A DNA stretch of 64,000 nucleotides from an uncultured candidate division Zixibacteria bacterium. Lineage in GTDB: Bacteria > Zixibacteria > MSB-5A5 > UBA10806 > 4484-95. How positions within the stretch are numbered: position 1 is the stretch's first letter; each line of letters opens with the position of its first letter. Under the pieces are notes generated by a model. The model was not told the DNA's origin and searched no databases. It saw nothing but the letters and a program-made list of their open reading frames with translations. The position numbers were made by a program, and so were the translations under genes. The stretch is from the NCBI GenBank assembly GCA_963668625.2, contig CAXXKA010000010.1:256001-320000 (forward strand). Direction: 5' to 3'. Shown here one piece after another: positions 16,701 through 25,061 of the stretch.

Positions 16701-19700
16701 GACATTCGATGATGCGGTCAATTCGTTCTACAACTACTCGATGGCTGATGACGCTGCCTGGGAATGGACTGCTACTTATGGCAATCCCGCCCCTGGCATG
16801 TATCACAATGACACTTATGTCGAATGTGATGACTATCTGGTCTCCAACGGCTCATATACCGTTCCGGATGTCGAGATGATCTCACTGTACTTCGATCAGG
16901 ATTGTAATTATCCGACATATTATCAGCTGCATGAGGTCCTGGTATCCACCGACTTTGCCGGTGATCCTTCCACTGCTACCTGGGTTACTCTTTATGAAGG
17001 TTTCGGTGATGAAGCATGGACAACCATGTCGTTCAGCCTGGAAGCTTACAGAGGCCAGGATGTCAATTTCGCGTTCCATTATATGGGGAACGGCGATACC
17101 GAATGGTATATCGATAACGTTAAAGTGCAGATTCCGCCCACCGGTCGTTGCTGCGATTACACCGCAGATATCAACAACCCCGTTTGTACGGATGACGTAT
17201 ACGCCGATGCTTGCGCCGGCGAACTTATGACCTGGCTCGAGGCTGGCACATGTAGCACCGATCCTTGCCCGGTTCCGCCCGCCAACGACGATTGCGCGAA
17301 TGCCATTGATGTGACCGGTACATATCCTGTTTCCGGCACCGGTACTACCATTATGGCTCAACCGGATTGTCCCGATTCGCTCGATGAATTCCGTGCCGTA
17401 TGGTACAAATTCGACTTAGCTTATGCTTACAATAATGTCACTATTACTATGTGTGGTGATGACACTGATATAGATACCGTTGGCATTATTCTTACTGATG
17501 ATTGTGTCTGCGATGATTATATCTTGGCAACCGGTTACGATTTCGATACTACTTACTGCTCCACTGGTTATACGGGCGTTCAGTTATACATCAACTATCT
17601 CCCGGCTGGAACTTACTACTGGCCAGCTAAAATGACGGATGCCAACGGCGAAGGTATGGATTTCTCCTATACTATCGACGTAGTCGAGTACGTACCGCTT
17701 CCGGGTGATATGTGTGAAAACGCGTTAACCGTAGATGCTATGCCGTTTACTTCCGATACTCTCAACACCTGTAATTATGGTGACTTCTGCGATATCTCGG
17801 GTTTAAACTCTTCGGAAATCATTTTCGAGTGGGTTGTCCCGGCTGAGTATGTCTACACGGTTTCGTTGTGCGATAGTATTACCGACTATGACACCAAAAT
17901 CGCCATTTATGCCGATGAGTGTTGCACTGGACCCGAAACCTACTATGCTTACAACGATGATGCTTGTGGAACAGCTTCCGAGATCACCACAACTTTCTTC
18001 CCCGGCACTTATTATGTCGTGGTTGATGGTTATGATGGCGACTGTGGTCTGACCATCCTCGATATCTCTGAGTTTGGTGAGCCGCCGGTTGGCGCTTGCT
18101 GTTATGGTGATTTCTACAACCAGTCCTGTGCCGATGCGACTGAATTCGAGTGTATCGATACTTATGCTGGTTTCTCATGGGTCGAGGGCGATTCCTGTGC
18201 CACGGCCGAATGCCCCTCATACGGCGCATTCAACTCTGATGTCACAGCTATTGACGACTCTGTTGATGCTGTTGGACCTGGCAATGTTAAGACCCAGGTA
18301 ATCAATATCAGCAATACTGGTGCCGATACTCTGACATTTACCGCTAATGCTATTATCGATCCTCCTACTCCGGCTGTTGGTTTAAGCTCTGCTCAGTTTA
18401 CTACACTTAGTGGTATCTACAATGATGTCAACCTCCAAAAGGGTGACCCGCTAGATAGAGCCCAAGGCTTGAAATTCCAACAGAGCTTATTGGCTGATTA
18501 TACCGGTTTTGAAACATTTGATTCGAATATCGGTGAATTCACTGCCTACAATGTTGATACTGGTGATACTACTACATGGTACTGGTATGATAGCGATGGT
18601 AATCCTGCCGGCTGTGCTAGAATTGACTATAATTCCTACAACGCTGAGGATGATTACCTCATTTCGAACGGTACATTCACGGTTCCTGATGTTGACGATG
18701 TTGCCTTGACATTCGATCAGAGGGATGTATTCACTTATGGTTTATACTATAATACCCATGAGGTTTTAATCTCCTTAGATTTCGCTGGAGATCCTGCAAC
18801 AGCCACCTGGGTCCAGCTTTACGAAGATGATGCCCAGTCAACATGGGAAACTATTTCCATTAGTATGGAAACCTATAGAGGCGATGCTGTAAATATCGCC
18901 TTCCATTATATCGGTGATGACGCTGATGATTGGATGGTCGATAATGTTTACATCGGCACTCCGCAAACAGGTCGTTGCTGTTATGGTAGCATTTACGAGC
19001 CTGATTGTGTTGATGGTGTCACTCTTGACTCCTGTGATGCTCTTAGCGGAATATTTACTGCTGAGATCGACTGTAGCACCCCTTGCGAATACTGGCCGCA
19101 TTGTGATGATGATGCTCTCGTTGGTCAGTATCCGGATATGGAAACGTGGACTGGCGGAACGGCTGATGCCGGTGTTTCGTTAAAACGTTACGATAGCTAT
19201 GCCGGTGCTTATGGTCTCATCGAAGAGGTAACATTCTGGGGCTTCGACCGTTGGCATGACGGTACCAGCTGGGTTGAGTGCGATGAAGAGCCGATGGACT
19301 TCGAGATTCAGTTCTGGACTGACGATGCCGGTATTCCCGGAACCTTAGTTTACAGTGAATCATTATCGATTAATCCTGAAGCATACACCTGGGATCTTTC
19401 CGGCAGAACTCTTAAAGAGTTCCACGCTGTATTAAACACGGCTGTTGAGCTGGATAATGGTTGGATCTCGATTCAGGGTATCAGCATCAATGATCCTGAT
19501 TGCTGGTTCCTCTGGCTCTCCTCCACTGATGGTGATGATCAGTCACTCACCGACGATGGTACAGGTTTGGCAGTTGAAGCTTTTGACTTAAACTTCTGCT
19601 TCAATGGTACCTACCAGGCTCCGTGGTTGACTATCGATGTCGATGAAGGCGAAATTGCTGCCGGCGATCCGGCTATTGCGATTACCGCTAGAATGGATGC

Positions 19701-20142
19701 CGAGTTCCTGAGCTGCGGTAATACCTACACTGGTAGCATTAACTTCACCAGTAACGATCCGCAGGTTCCCACGTACTCCGTGCCTGTTTCATTCACTACA
19801 GATTGCGGTCCTAACGGATACGAATATCTGCCTGGTGATGCCAATATGGCTGCCGGTGCCTGGCCGCCGAACGTAATCGGCGCTGACGTGACCTACCTGG
19901 TCAACTACTTCCGCGCTATCGCCTCGCCGTGTCTGCTCGGTGGTTACTATGCCTCCGGTGACGCTAACGGTGATTGCTTGGTAATCGGTGCCGACGTTAC
20001 TTATCTCGTCCAGTATTTCCGTGGTGCTAATACGATCAAGTACTGCGGCGATGATGTTGGCGAGGATGACTACACACCTGCATGGCTTAATACTGGGGAA
20101 CTACCCCCGAGTGCGCCTGCCGGTTGGCCGAACTGCGAATAG
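13756..20142 (+). CDS. Large secreted acidic Cys-rich multidomain protein (PPC-like and cleaved-adhesin-like domains, six G(R/A)CC modules, C-terminal variant dockerin)
   Basis: GGAGGA RBS and signal peptide. Repeated D.VY..T...CGS.YDT.L.VY...DD.C domains. Two copies of DDYL.SNG..TVP...HEVL.S.DF.GDP.TATW.....YRG..VN.AFHY.G....W..DNV. Ends PGDANM...VIGADVTYLVNYFR...GDANGDCLVIGADVTYLVQYFRG. Confidence 0.85.
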   Translation: MRKTLLLTTVIILAFSLVFAWAGDKKDQVEKKITATSNTHAPQVDDVKEQKAPEVAPAEQPAVVPEAKAKFIDPNDERVAKADEELYLQKQNGAFKPVEQVEEVNTVVKAKAKEVKAEEEKAVRIISEHELLKIKASEMGVSVEELLHKESIVPLTPPGLTTATGDNCADPITLTIPADLPFVDQDQATCGRGNSDSTSCMGNYDGGEDIVYEITVTADTYVNFIFDPKGTIWTGFALAAECPPVTCIFNNTSASGSERSQDGVLLEATVGTYYLMIDTYPDPDCIPDFDLTIEEYTAPTGRCCDYTDPPNPVCTDGVEEADCDGAAMTWVEGLLCSTDPCPSYIGNDCAYPIVITDADLPYSETGQTTCMRGNTYSETCLGNYDNDEDILYAFTNTSGADIFIDVEVTNATAAYLGILADTLCPGGSSCLDYETGYYGSYDISLEIVPVNAGQTVYIMVDNYEEGCFDFDFDITQYLVPTGRCCNYDTDPDNPTCTDAMEEDDCVASGTDVSWVEDYDCTTNPCPVPPVNDDCADAMTVVPDVEYTVDNTRATDDGDGGEDIRHNVWYCYTATLTGTAQIRLCDSDFDTELAVYEGCNCDAGMASRMLAYNDDNSTVCGSGGRSALDLDITLGESYLIEAGTYSSYTTFGDIVLIIEETAAPVEGDSIENAYTIPSLPYSDAGNTSAFTDNYVGSCGTHVSAPDVVYAYTATVDTFIDISLCGSSYDTRLYVYENDTSTEVACDDDGCPSVTTTTRSWINALYVTSGDTYYFVIDGYSSNSGDYVIDVDFADPPALGDACSNPIDITAFPYTFADNSCNYTNKVRYDGPDVIWRFTLAAAARLQFSLCNSDSVFYDNLFLHEDGTCGGDYLTYEYDGCASSAMTEFTYDLGAGTYYLVLDGSSSTPNCGEFQLDIAEIVIPTGRCCYYDTNPADPYSPICVDAITEVDCDALIDTFSGTWTEGLDCTSDPCPVPVDFTGTETFDDAVNSFYNYSMADDAAWEWTATYGNPAPGMYHNDTYVECDDYLVSNGSYTVPDVEMISLYFDQDCNYPTYYQLHEVLVSTDFAGDPSTATWVTLYEGFGDEAWTTMSFSLEAYRGQDVNFAFHYMGNGDTEWYIDNVKVQIPPTGRCCDYTADINNPVCTDDVYADACAGELMTWLEAGTCSTDPCPVPPANDDCANAIDVTGTYPVSGTGTTIMAQPDCPDSLDEFRAVWYKFDLAYAYNNVTITMCGDDTDIDTVGIILTDDCVCDDYILATGYDFDTTYCSTGYTGVQLYINYLPAGTYYWPAKMTDANGEGMDFSYTIDVVEYVPLPGDMCENALTVDAMPFTSDTLNTCNYGDFCDISGLNSSEIIFEWVVPAEYVYTVSLCDSITDYDTKIAIYADECCTGPETYYAYNDDACGTASEITTTFFPGTYYVVVDGYDGDCGLTILDISEFGEPPVGACCYGDFYNQSCADATEFECIDTYAGFSWVEGDSCATAECPSYGAFNSDVTAIDDSVDAVGPGNVKTQVINISNTGADTLTFTANAIIDPPTPAVGLSSAQFTTLSGIYNDVNLQKGDPLDRAQGLKFQQSLLADYTGFETFDSNIGEFTAYNVDTGDTTTWYWYDSDGNPAGCARIDYNSYNAEDDYLISNGTFTVPDVDDVALTFDQRDVFTYGLYYNTHEVLISLDFAGDPATATWVQLYEDDAQSTWETISISMETYRGDAVNIAFHYIGDDADDWMVDNVYIGTPQTGRCCYGSIYEPDCVDGVTLDSCDALSGIFTAEIDCSTPCEYWPHCDDDALVGQYPDMETWTGGTADAGVSLKRYDSYAGAYGLIEEVTFWGFDRWHDGTSWVECDEEPMDFEIQFWTDDAGIPGTLVYSESLSINPEAYTWDLSGRTLKEFHAVLNTAVELDNGWISIQGISINDPDCWFLWLSSTDGDDQSLTDDGTGLAVEAFDLNFCFNGTYQAPWLTIDVDEGEIAAGDPAIAITARMDAEFLSCGNTYTGSINFTSNDPQVPTYSVPVSFTTDCGPNGYEYLPGDANMAAGAWPPNVIGADVTYLVNYFRAIASPCLLGGYYASGDANGDCLVIGADVTYLVQYFRGANTIKYCGDDVGEDDYTPAWLNTGELPPSAPAGWPNCE

Positions 20143-20166
20143 TAGATATTCAAGTACGGCAAATAC

Positions 20167-20263
20167 ATGGTCGTTCCGTTCTAAACGGAGCGACCATTCC
20201 TTAGCCAATAGGAATGGTAAAATAAAGATTAGGGAGTCGCTTATGGTGGCTCCCTATCTTATT
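20167..20263 (+). terminator. Two tandem stem-loops after the 2128-aa gene
   Basis: ATGGTCGTTCCGTT-cta-AACGGAGCGACCAT (20167-20197) and AGGGAGTCGC-ttatg-GTGGCTCCCT (20231-20255) followed by ATCTTATT. Confidence 0.6.
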
Positions 20264-20290
20264 GTCTAGCATAGTATTAGTAGATTTAAG

Positions 20291-20319
20291 TTGACAAAGC
20301 GTATTATTTTTTTTACTTT
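20291..20319 (+). promoter_or_regulatory. Sigma70-type promoter for GH35 gene
   Basis: TTGACA-17 nt-TACTTT, ~60 nt upstream of the start. Confidence 0.55.
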
Positions 20320-20377
20320 ACTACTCGGTTGTAAATAATTAATGAGAAATATGGTTTTTAAAGAGAAATAAAGTAAA

Positions 20378-22543
20378 TTGTTAGGACTAATTGACAACAA
20401 ATTCATGATTGGCCGCGATACGTTCCTGCCTGTATCCGCTGAAATACATTATTTCAGAGTTCCTAAGAGATATTGGTCTATTTGTTTCGAAAGAATCAAA
20501 AGGGCTGGTTTCAGGATAATATCCAGTTACGTCCCCTGGAATCTTCATGAGGAAAAACCCGGCCAATTCGATTTTCAGGGACTTGATAATCCGCATAAGG
20601 ATTTGATCGTTTTTCTCGAGTTAGCGCGCGAATTCGGTTTTAAGATAATTCTCCGGCCCGGTCCATGGATTAAATCGGAATGGCCCGATGGCGGTTTGCC
20701 CAAATACATTTTTTCGGATGAATCGATCATCGCCCGTGACAGCACCGGCGAGTTATTGATTGCCAAAAACAGTGGTGGGGTTAAACCCAGTTACCAACCG
20801 TCATACCTTCACCCGAAATATATGAATCATGTCAAGCGCTACATAGGTGGCCTGGTGGAGGCTATTCAAAATTACATTTTCCCAAAAGGGCCCGTGTTTC
20901 TGGTTCAACTCGATAATGAAATTAATTTCGGGGGGAACGATAAATTACTCGAATCCGATTATAACAATTATGTCGTAAGTGAATTATATCCGGCGTTTTT
21001 AGAGGATAAATACGAAAACGTTAAAAACTTGCCGTCATGTTATGGCAAGAATAGAAGTTTTAACGGTATACTCCCGCCGACCGAGATAACAGTAAAGAAG
21101 GCCGAGCAACTCGTTCATTATTTCGATTGGCTCGAATTTAAAGGTACGATAGTCAGAGATTATATTAACCAGTTGCGCGATAGATGGGAATCTATGGGCG
21201 TTGGCTGTATGTTCTCAGTGACGATACCGTCCTCATTCGATTTTAATATACCGATACCATGGGGCGAAATTCGCGGCGAGCGTACTATACTCGGTACCTC
21301 GATCGAGCACGAGGATGATATCACCCAGGTTACCCGCAAACTGAGACTGACCGAAAGCATAACAGGCTACTGCTGGTCATCCCAGTTGGCAACCGGCGAA
21401 CCGGGTGAAATCTCGGGAAAAGCCTCTGAGGATATATATAAAAAACAGCGTTTCCTGCTTATCTCCTCGCTGGCTGCCGGCCTTAAAGGATTGAACTATT
21501 ACATGTTCGTCGGACGCGATCACTGGAAAGGCTCAGCGCTCGATGCTGATGGCACTGTTAATCCTAATTACGATGATATCCGGAAACTGAATGTCGCGCT
21601 TGAGGTGATGGATTTAGGCACGGCTTCGTCGAAATCCAGTGTCTCGATAGGCTTGTATAAACCTTATCAGTGGTATTCCGAAATCGATCCTAAAGGCGAG
21701 TTCGCTTATATCAGCGATCTGGTCGATCAAACTTTCTCGAATATTTTAGCCGATCTTTCAGGCTTGAATTATGACTATAATATTTACGACCTGGACAGCC
21801 TGGATGAGAGCTGGCATGCCGAGGATTTCAGTGAGACGAAACTGATGTTCGTACCCTGCGCCGAATATATGTCCGATCATTTGCAGAAAAAGCTGTTAGA
21901 TTTGGTTAACGATGGTATGATAATCGTGTTCATCGGCCTGTTGCCGAGATTCAACCTTCAGTTCAAATCCTCGAGAATTCTTGCTAAAGGCCTGGGTATT
22001 CAAACAAGAGCCGGTTATTCGCCGGGATTCATTGAGGCCAATAACCATTCGTTCCGATCGATTATTTACGGTACCATTCAGGGCAAAGACTCAACCAAAG
22101 TGATAGCTAAAGCGGGGCCGAAGATTGTCGGAGTTAGCAGGAAACTAGGCAAAGGCAAATCTTATTTCTTCAGTTACGATATCGCCGCCGGCGGTGAGCC
22201 GGGGCGTCTTTGTTTCTTAAAAGATATACTGATGGAAAACGAAATAACCACAGCTATTAATTGCTCCGAATCGGATATCGACGTGGTGATTAAAACCAAC
22301 GATAAAGGCGCCGCCTTGTTCCTGATGAATGCCGGATCAGGGCAATTAATCAGGCATAAACGCAAGAAAGTTGTGGTCTCCGTCGATCTATCCCAGTGCG
22401 GAATCAGGCAGGCTAAAATAGTTCTACATGACATTTTCGATATGGAAAATGTTATAAAAACTACCTCACAGGAATTGCGTGATGGTTTGATATTCGAGAT
22501 GGATTATCTTGATGCCCGAGTGTTCTGGATTCCCAAGAAATAA
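20378..22543 (+). CDS. Glycoside hydrolase family 35 (beta-galactosidase-like) protein with trimerisation-type domain
   Basis: EIHYFRVP..YW, YVPWNLHE..PGQFDF, ILRPGPWI.SEW.DGGLP, VQLDNE and GLNYYMFVG motifs. TTG start. Confidence 0.85.
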   Translation: MLGLIDNKFMIGRDTFLPVSAEIHYFRVPKRYWSICFERIKRAGFRIISSYVPWNLHEEKPGQFDFQGLDNPHKDLIVFLELAREFGFKIILRPGPWIKSEWPDGGLPKYIFSDESIIARDSTGELLIAKNSGGVKPSYQPSYLHPKYMNHVKRYIGGLVEAIQNYIFPKGPVFLVQLDNEINFGGNDKLLESDYNNYVVSELYPAFLEDKYENVKNLPSCYGKNRSFNGILPPTEITVKKAEQLVHYFDWLEFKGTIVRDYINQLRDRWESMGVGCMFSVTIPSSFDFNIPIPWGEIRGERTILGTSIEHEDDITQVTRKLRLTESITGYCWSSQLATGEPGEISGKASEDIYKKQRFLLISSLAAGLKGLNYYMFVGRDHWKGSALDADGTVNPNYDDIRKLNVALEVMDLGTASSKSSVSIGLYKPYQWYSEIDPKGEFAYISDLVDQTFSNILADLSGLNYDYNIYDLDSLDESWHAEDFSETKLMFVPCAEYMSDHLQKKLLDLVNDGMIIVFIGLLPRFNLQFKSSRILAKGLGIQTRAGYSPGFIEANNHSFRSIIYGTIQGKDSTKVIAKAGPKIVGVSRKLGKGKSYFFSYDIAAGGEPGRLCFLKDILMENEITTAINCSESDIDVVIKTNDKGAALFLMNAGSGQLIRHKRKKVVVSVDLSQCGIRQAKIVLHDIFDMENVIKTTSQELRDGLIFEMDYLDARVFWIPKK

Positions 22544-22548
22544 AATAA

Positions 22549-22574
22549 AACCGGGCTTGATGGCAAACCCGGTT
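22549..22574. terminator. Stem-loop between convergent genes
   Basis: AACCGGG...CCCGGTT preceded by an A-tract. Confidence 0.55.
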
Positions 22575-22599
22575 GGATAGATTCTAATTTAATCCCATA

Positions 22600-24891
22600 T
22601 TAAAATTCATACTCGATGCCACCGATAGGGATGAAGCTCCATTGATATTCGGTTTCTATTTCATTGTCATACTCATCCCATGTATACGCTGCCACGTTTT
22701 TTCGATTATAGACGTTCCACAGGCTCAGATAGGCAACTATAGCCGAGTTTTTGAAATTATAGCGTTCATCATACCTGATATTCAGCGAGTGGTAGGCGGG
22801 GTAACGTTCGCCGTTAAGCCTGCTGATATCCACTATACCGGTACCGTATTGAGCGGAGAGGTTCTCATCTAACGGCGTATAGGGCACGCCACCTGCGTAG
22901 ATCCATTTGAAACTGAATTCGTATTTATCGTTTAGCTTGTAACCGCTTATTACGCTGAAAATATATTTATTATCGTAAGCGCGGTCTCTCCATACGCCGT
23001 TTAAATCTTTATAGCGCGATCTGAAAAACGAGCCGCTTACTAAGCCATACAGTTTTCGAGCAAGCTTTTTCTGTATTAAGACCTCAATGCCGCGCGTATA
23101 TGCTTCGCCTAAATCCACCAGCTCGATATACTGAGACGCCTGCCCGCCGATACTGATGGCGTCATCGATAATGAATTTTGCGGGGTCACCGGTATCGAGC
23201 GGAAAATGCTCGTATTCCTTATCGTACGCCTCGACCGTAAATTTGGTATCCTCGGTCAGCATGTAATCGAAACCAACCACATAATGAGTCGCTTTAAGGT
23301 CTTTCAACTTTTTGTAACTATCATCTAATGATAAAATGGTCATGGGCAAATTTTGATAGAAAATACCCGTGGAGCCGTTAAGCGTGAGACGATTGGTTAA
23401 GTTCAGAGAGGTGGTAAAGCGAGGGGAGAAGTGAATGTTTTCGTTATACGAGAAATAATCGGCGCGGCAGCCTAATGTCGTGGTGAGACGTTTAACCGGT
23501 TTGAAACTGTAGTTAGCGAATCCTCCCGATTTCCAGGAGTTGAACCTGTCATTTATATCTATCTCAGGCACCGTTTCCCCCAGACGGTTATACTCCTCGG
23601 CCACGAACCAATCGTAATCGGCCAATTCGTATTCGCCGGTGAGGCCCAGTTGAACGGAGTTGGAGTTGTTGATTCTATAATGATTGACATTACGCAGCCT
23701 TACCTGCCCCTCGATATAATCGTTGTCGAAATTCAGGCTATGGTCATCGACCTTGTACCATGTCATATCGGTTTTTACGAACGAGCATGATACGGAGGTG
23801 TTGGAATAGCCGTTCCTGCTCCATAAGGACCGCCAGTTGATACCGCTCGTGTTCATGTAAGCTAAGTAATCGCCGTAGGCTGATGTTCCTATGTCGATAG
23901 CGTCCTCGCGTGAATATTTGATATGGCTGTGCCCGAATATATCAATTAATGTAATAATGTTGGATGGATTGATATGATAGGTTGCCTTAACGTGAGCATC
24001 CCCGTAGCGCGGCACCGAACCCGACCCGATGGCGTCGGCGAAAAGATCGAGGTAGCTTTCGCGCGCGGACACGATGAATGAGCCTTTGCTTTCATGAAGA
24101 GGTCCCTCGACCACGCAACCGGCGCCGCCCATGCTCAAATCGAGCTGTGCGTCGTACTCATCCGGGTTGCCCTCTCGAAGCTTGATATCGACCACCGATG
24201 ACAGCCTGTTACCATAGGCGGCGGAAAACCCGCCGGCGTAGAATGTGGCGTCCTCGATGAGATCGACATTTAGAAGCCCGATCGGCCCGCCGGATGATCC
24301 CTGTACGGGAAAGTGGTTGATATTGTTAATCTGAATATTATCAACGAAAAAGCCGTTCTCTGTCGGGCTGCCCCCTCTCACGGCAAGATCGTTGGCGTTA
24401 TCGGAAACCATCGCGGTGCTGGGTAGGCTCATCAATATACGGCTAACATCCCCCGCCGAACCCGGCATTCGTCTCACCTCCTCGCCGCTGAAATCCACTA
24501 CGCTGGTGGGATCGATATCATCCTTGATGTAATAACTGGTGGTTACCACGATATCATCGCCTGGTACGGTTGCCTGTTGAAGTTCGGCGTTTACGAAAGT
24601 AATACGACCTGAGCGGATAATTATATCCGGCTTAATTGTCTTCTGATAGCCTATTTGCTGGTACGAAAGCGAGTAACTGCCGACCGGTACGTTTTTGATC
24701 TCGAACTCGCCGTTGGTATCGGTGGCTTTGCCTATATTCAGGCGGGTAATGGTAACAGCCACACCGGTCAATGGCTCCAGGGTAGATATATCGACAACTT
24801 TTCCCTTGATACTTCCGACCGGCGTTTGAGAAAGTATAGGTTGGCAGGCGATAAATACTGATAATAGCGTAAACAGGGTTTTCTTCATCAT
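22600..24891 (-). CDS. TonB-dependent receptor with N-terminal carboxypeptidase-regulatory-like domain
   Basis: Signal peptide. GSIKGKVVD..T.EPL.GV.V. Plug VRGGSPTEN.F.VD and GGFSA.YGNRLSSVVDI. C-terminal YEF. Confidence 0.9.
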   Translation of the reverse strand: MMKKTLFTLLSVFIACQPILSQTPVGSIKGKVVDISTLEPLTGVAVTITRLNIGKATDTNGEFEIKNVPVGSYSLSYQQIGYQKTIKPDIIIRSGRITFVNAELQQATVPGDDIVVTTSYYIKDDIDPTSVVDFSGEEVRRMPGSAGDVSRILMSLPSTAMVSDNANDLAVRGGSPTENGFFVDNIQINNINHFPVQGSSGGPIGLLNVDLIEDATFYAGGFSAAYGNRLSSVVDIKLREGNPDEYDAQLDLSMGGAGCVVEGPLHESKGSFIVSARESYLDLFADAIGSGSVPRYGDAHVKATYHINPSNIITLIDIFGHSHIKYSREDAIDIGTSAYGDYLAYMNTSGINWRSLWSRNGYSNTSVSCSFVKTDMTWYKVDDHSLNFDNDYIEGQVRLRNVNHYRINNSNSVQLGLTGEYELADYDWFVAEEYNRLGETVPEIDINDRFNSWKSGGFANYSFKPVKRLTTTLGCRADYFSYNENIHFSPRFTTSLNLTNRLTLNGSTGIFYQNLPMTILSLDDSYKKLKDLKATHYVVGFDYMLTEDTKFTVEAYDKEYEHFPLDTGDPAKFIIDDAISIGGQASQYIELVDLGEAYTRGIEVLIQKKLARKLYGLVSGSFFRSRYKDLNGVWRDRAYDNKYIFSVISGYKLNDKYEFSFKWIYAGGVPYTPLDENLSAQYGTGIVDISRLNGERYPAYHSLNIRYDERYNFKNSAIVAYLSLWNVYNRKNVAAYTWDEYDNEIETEYQWSFIPIGGIEYEF

Positions 24892-25061
24892 TTCGATATT
24901 CCTTTCGTTACTGATAAATTACTATCTTCATGATCCAGTATACGAAAGGTGATTGAAATTATAGCCCTGATGAGTCAATCGGGACGTTCGACTTTATAAA
25001 GTTGTACTCATAGGGATGATTAATTAGGGTATTATTAGGATTGGCTCTTGTCGTCTCGATT

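Noticed and set aside
888-19183. Numerous antisense and alternate-frame ORFs within the giant genes
   Set aside because: Shadow ORFs from codon bias of repetitive genes; no motifs or RBS.
1-22543. A true cellulosome or polysaccharide utilisation locus
   Set aside because: No CAZyme domain is seen on the dockerin-bearing proteins. The GH35 gene is separated by stem-loops, has its own promoter, and lacks a signal peptide and dockerin.
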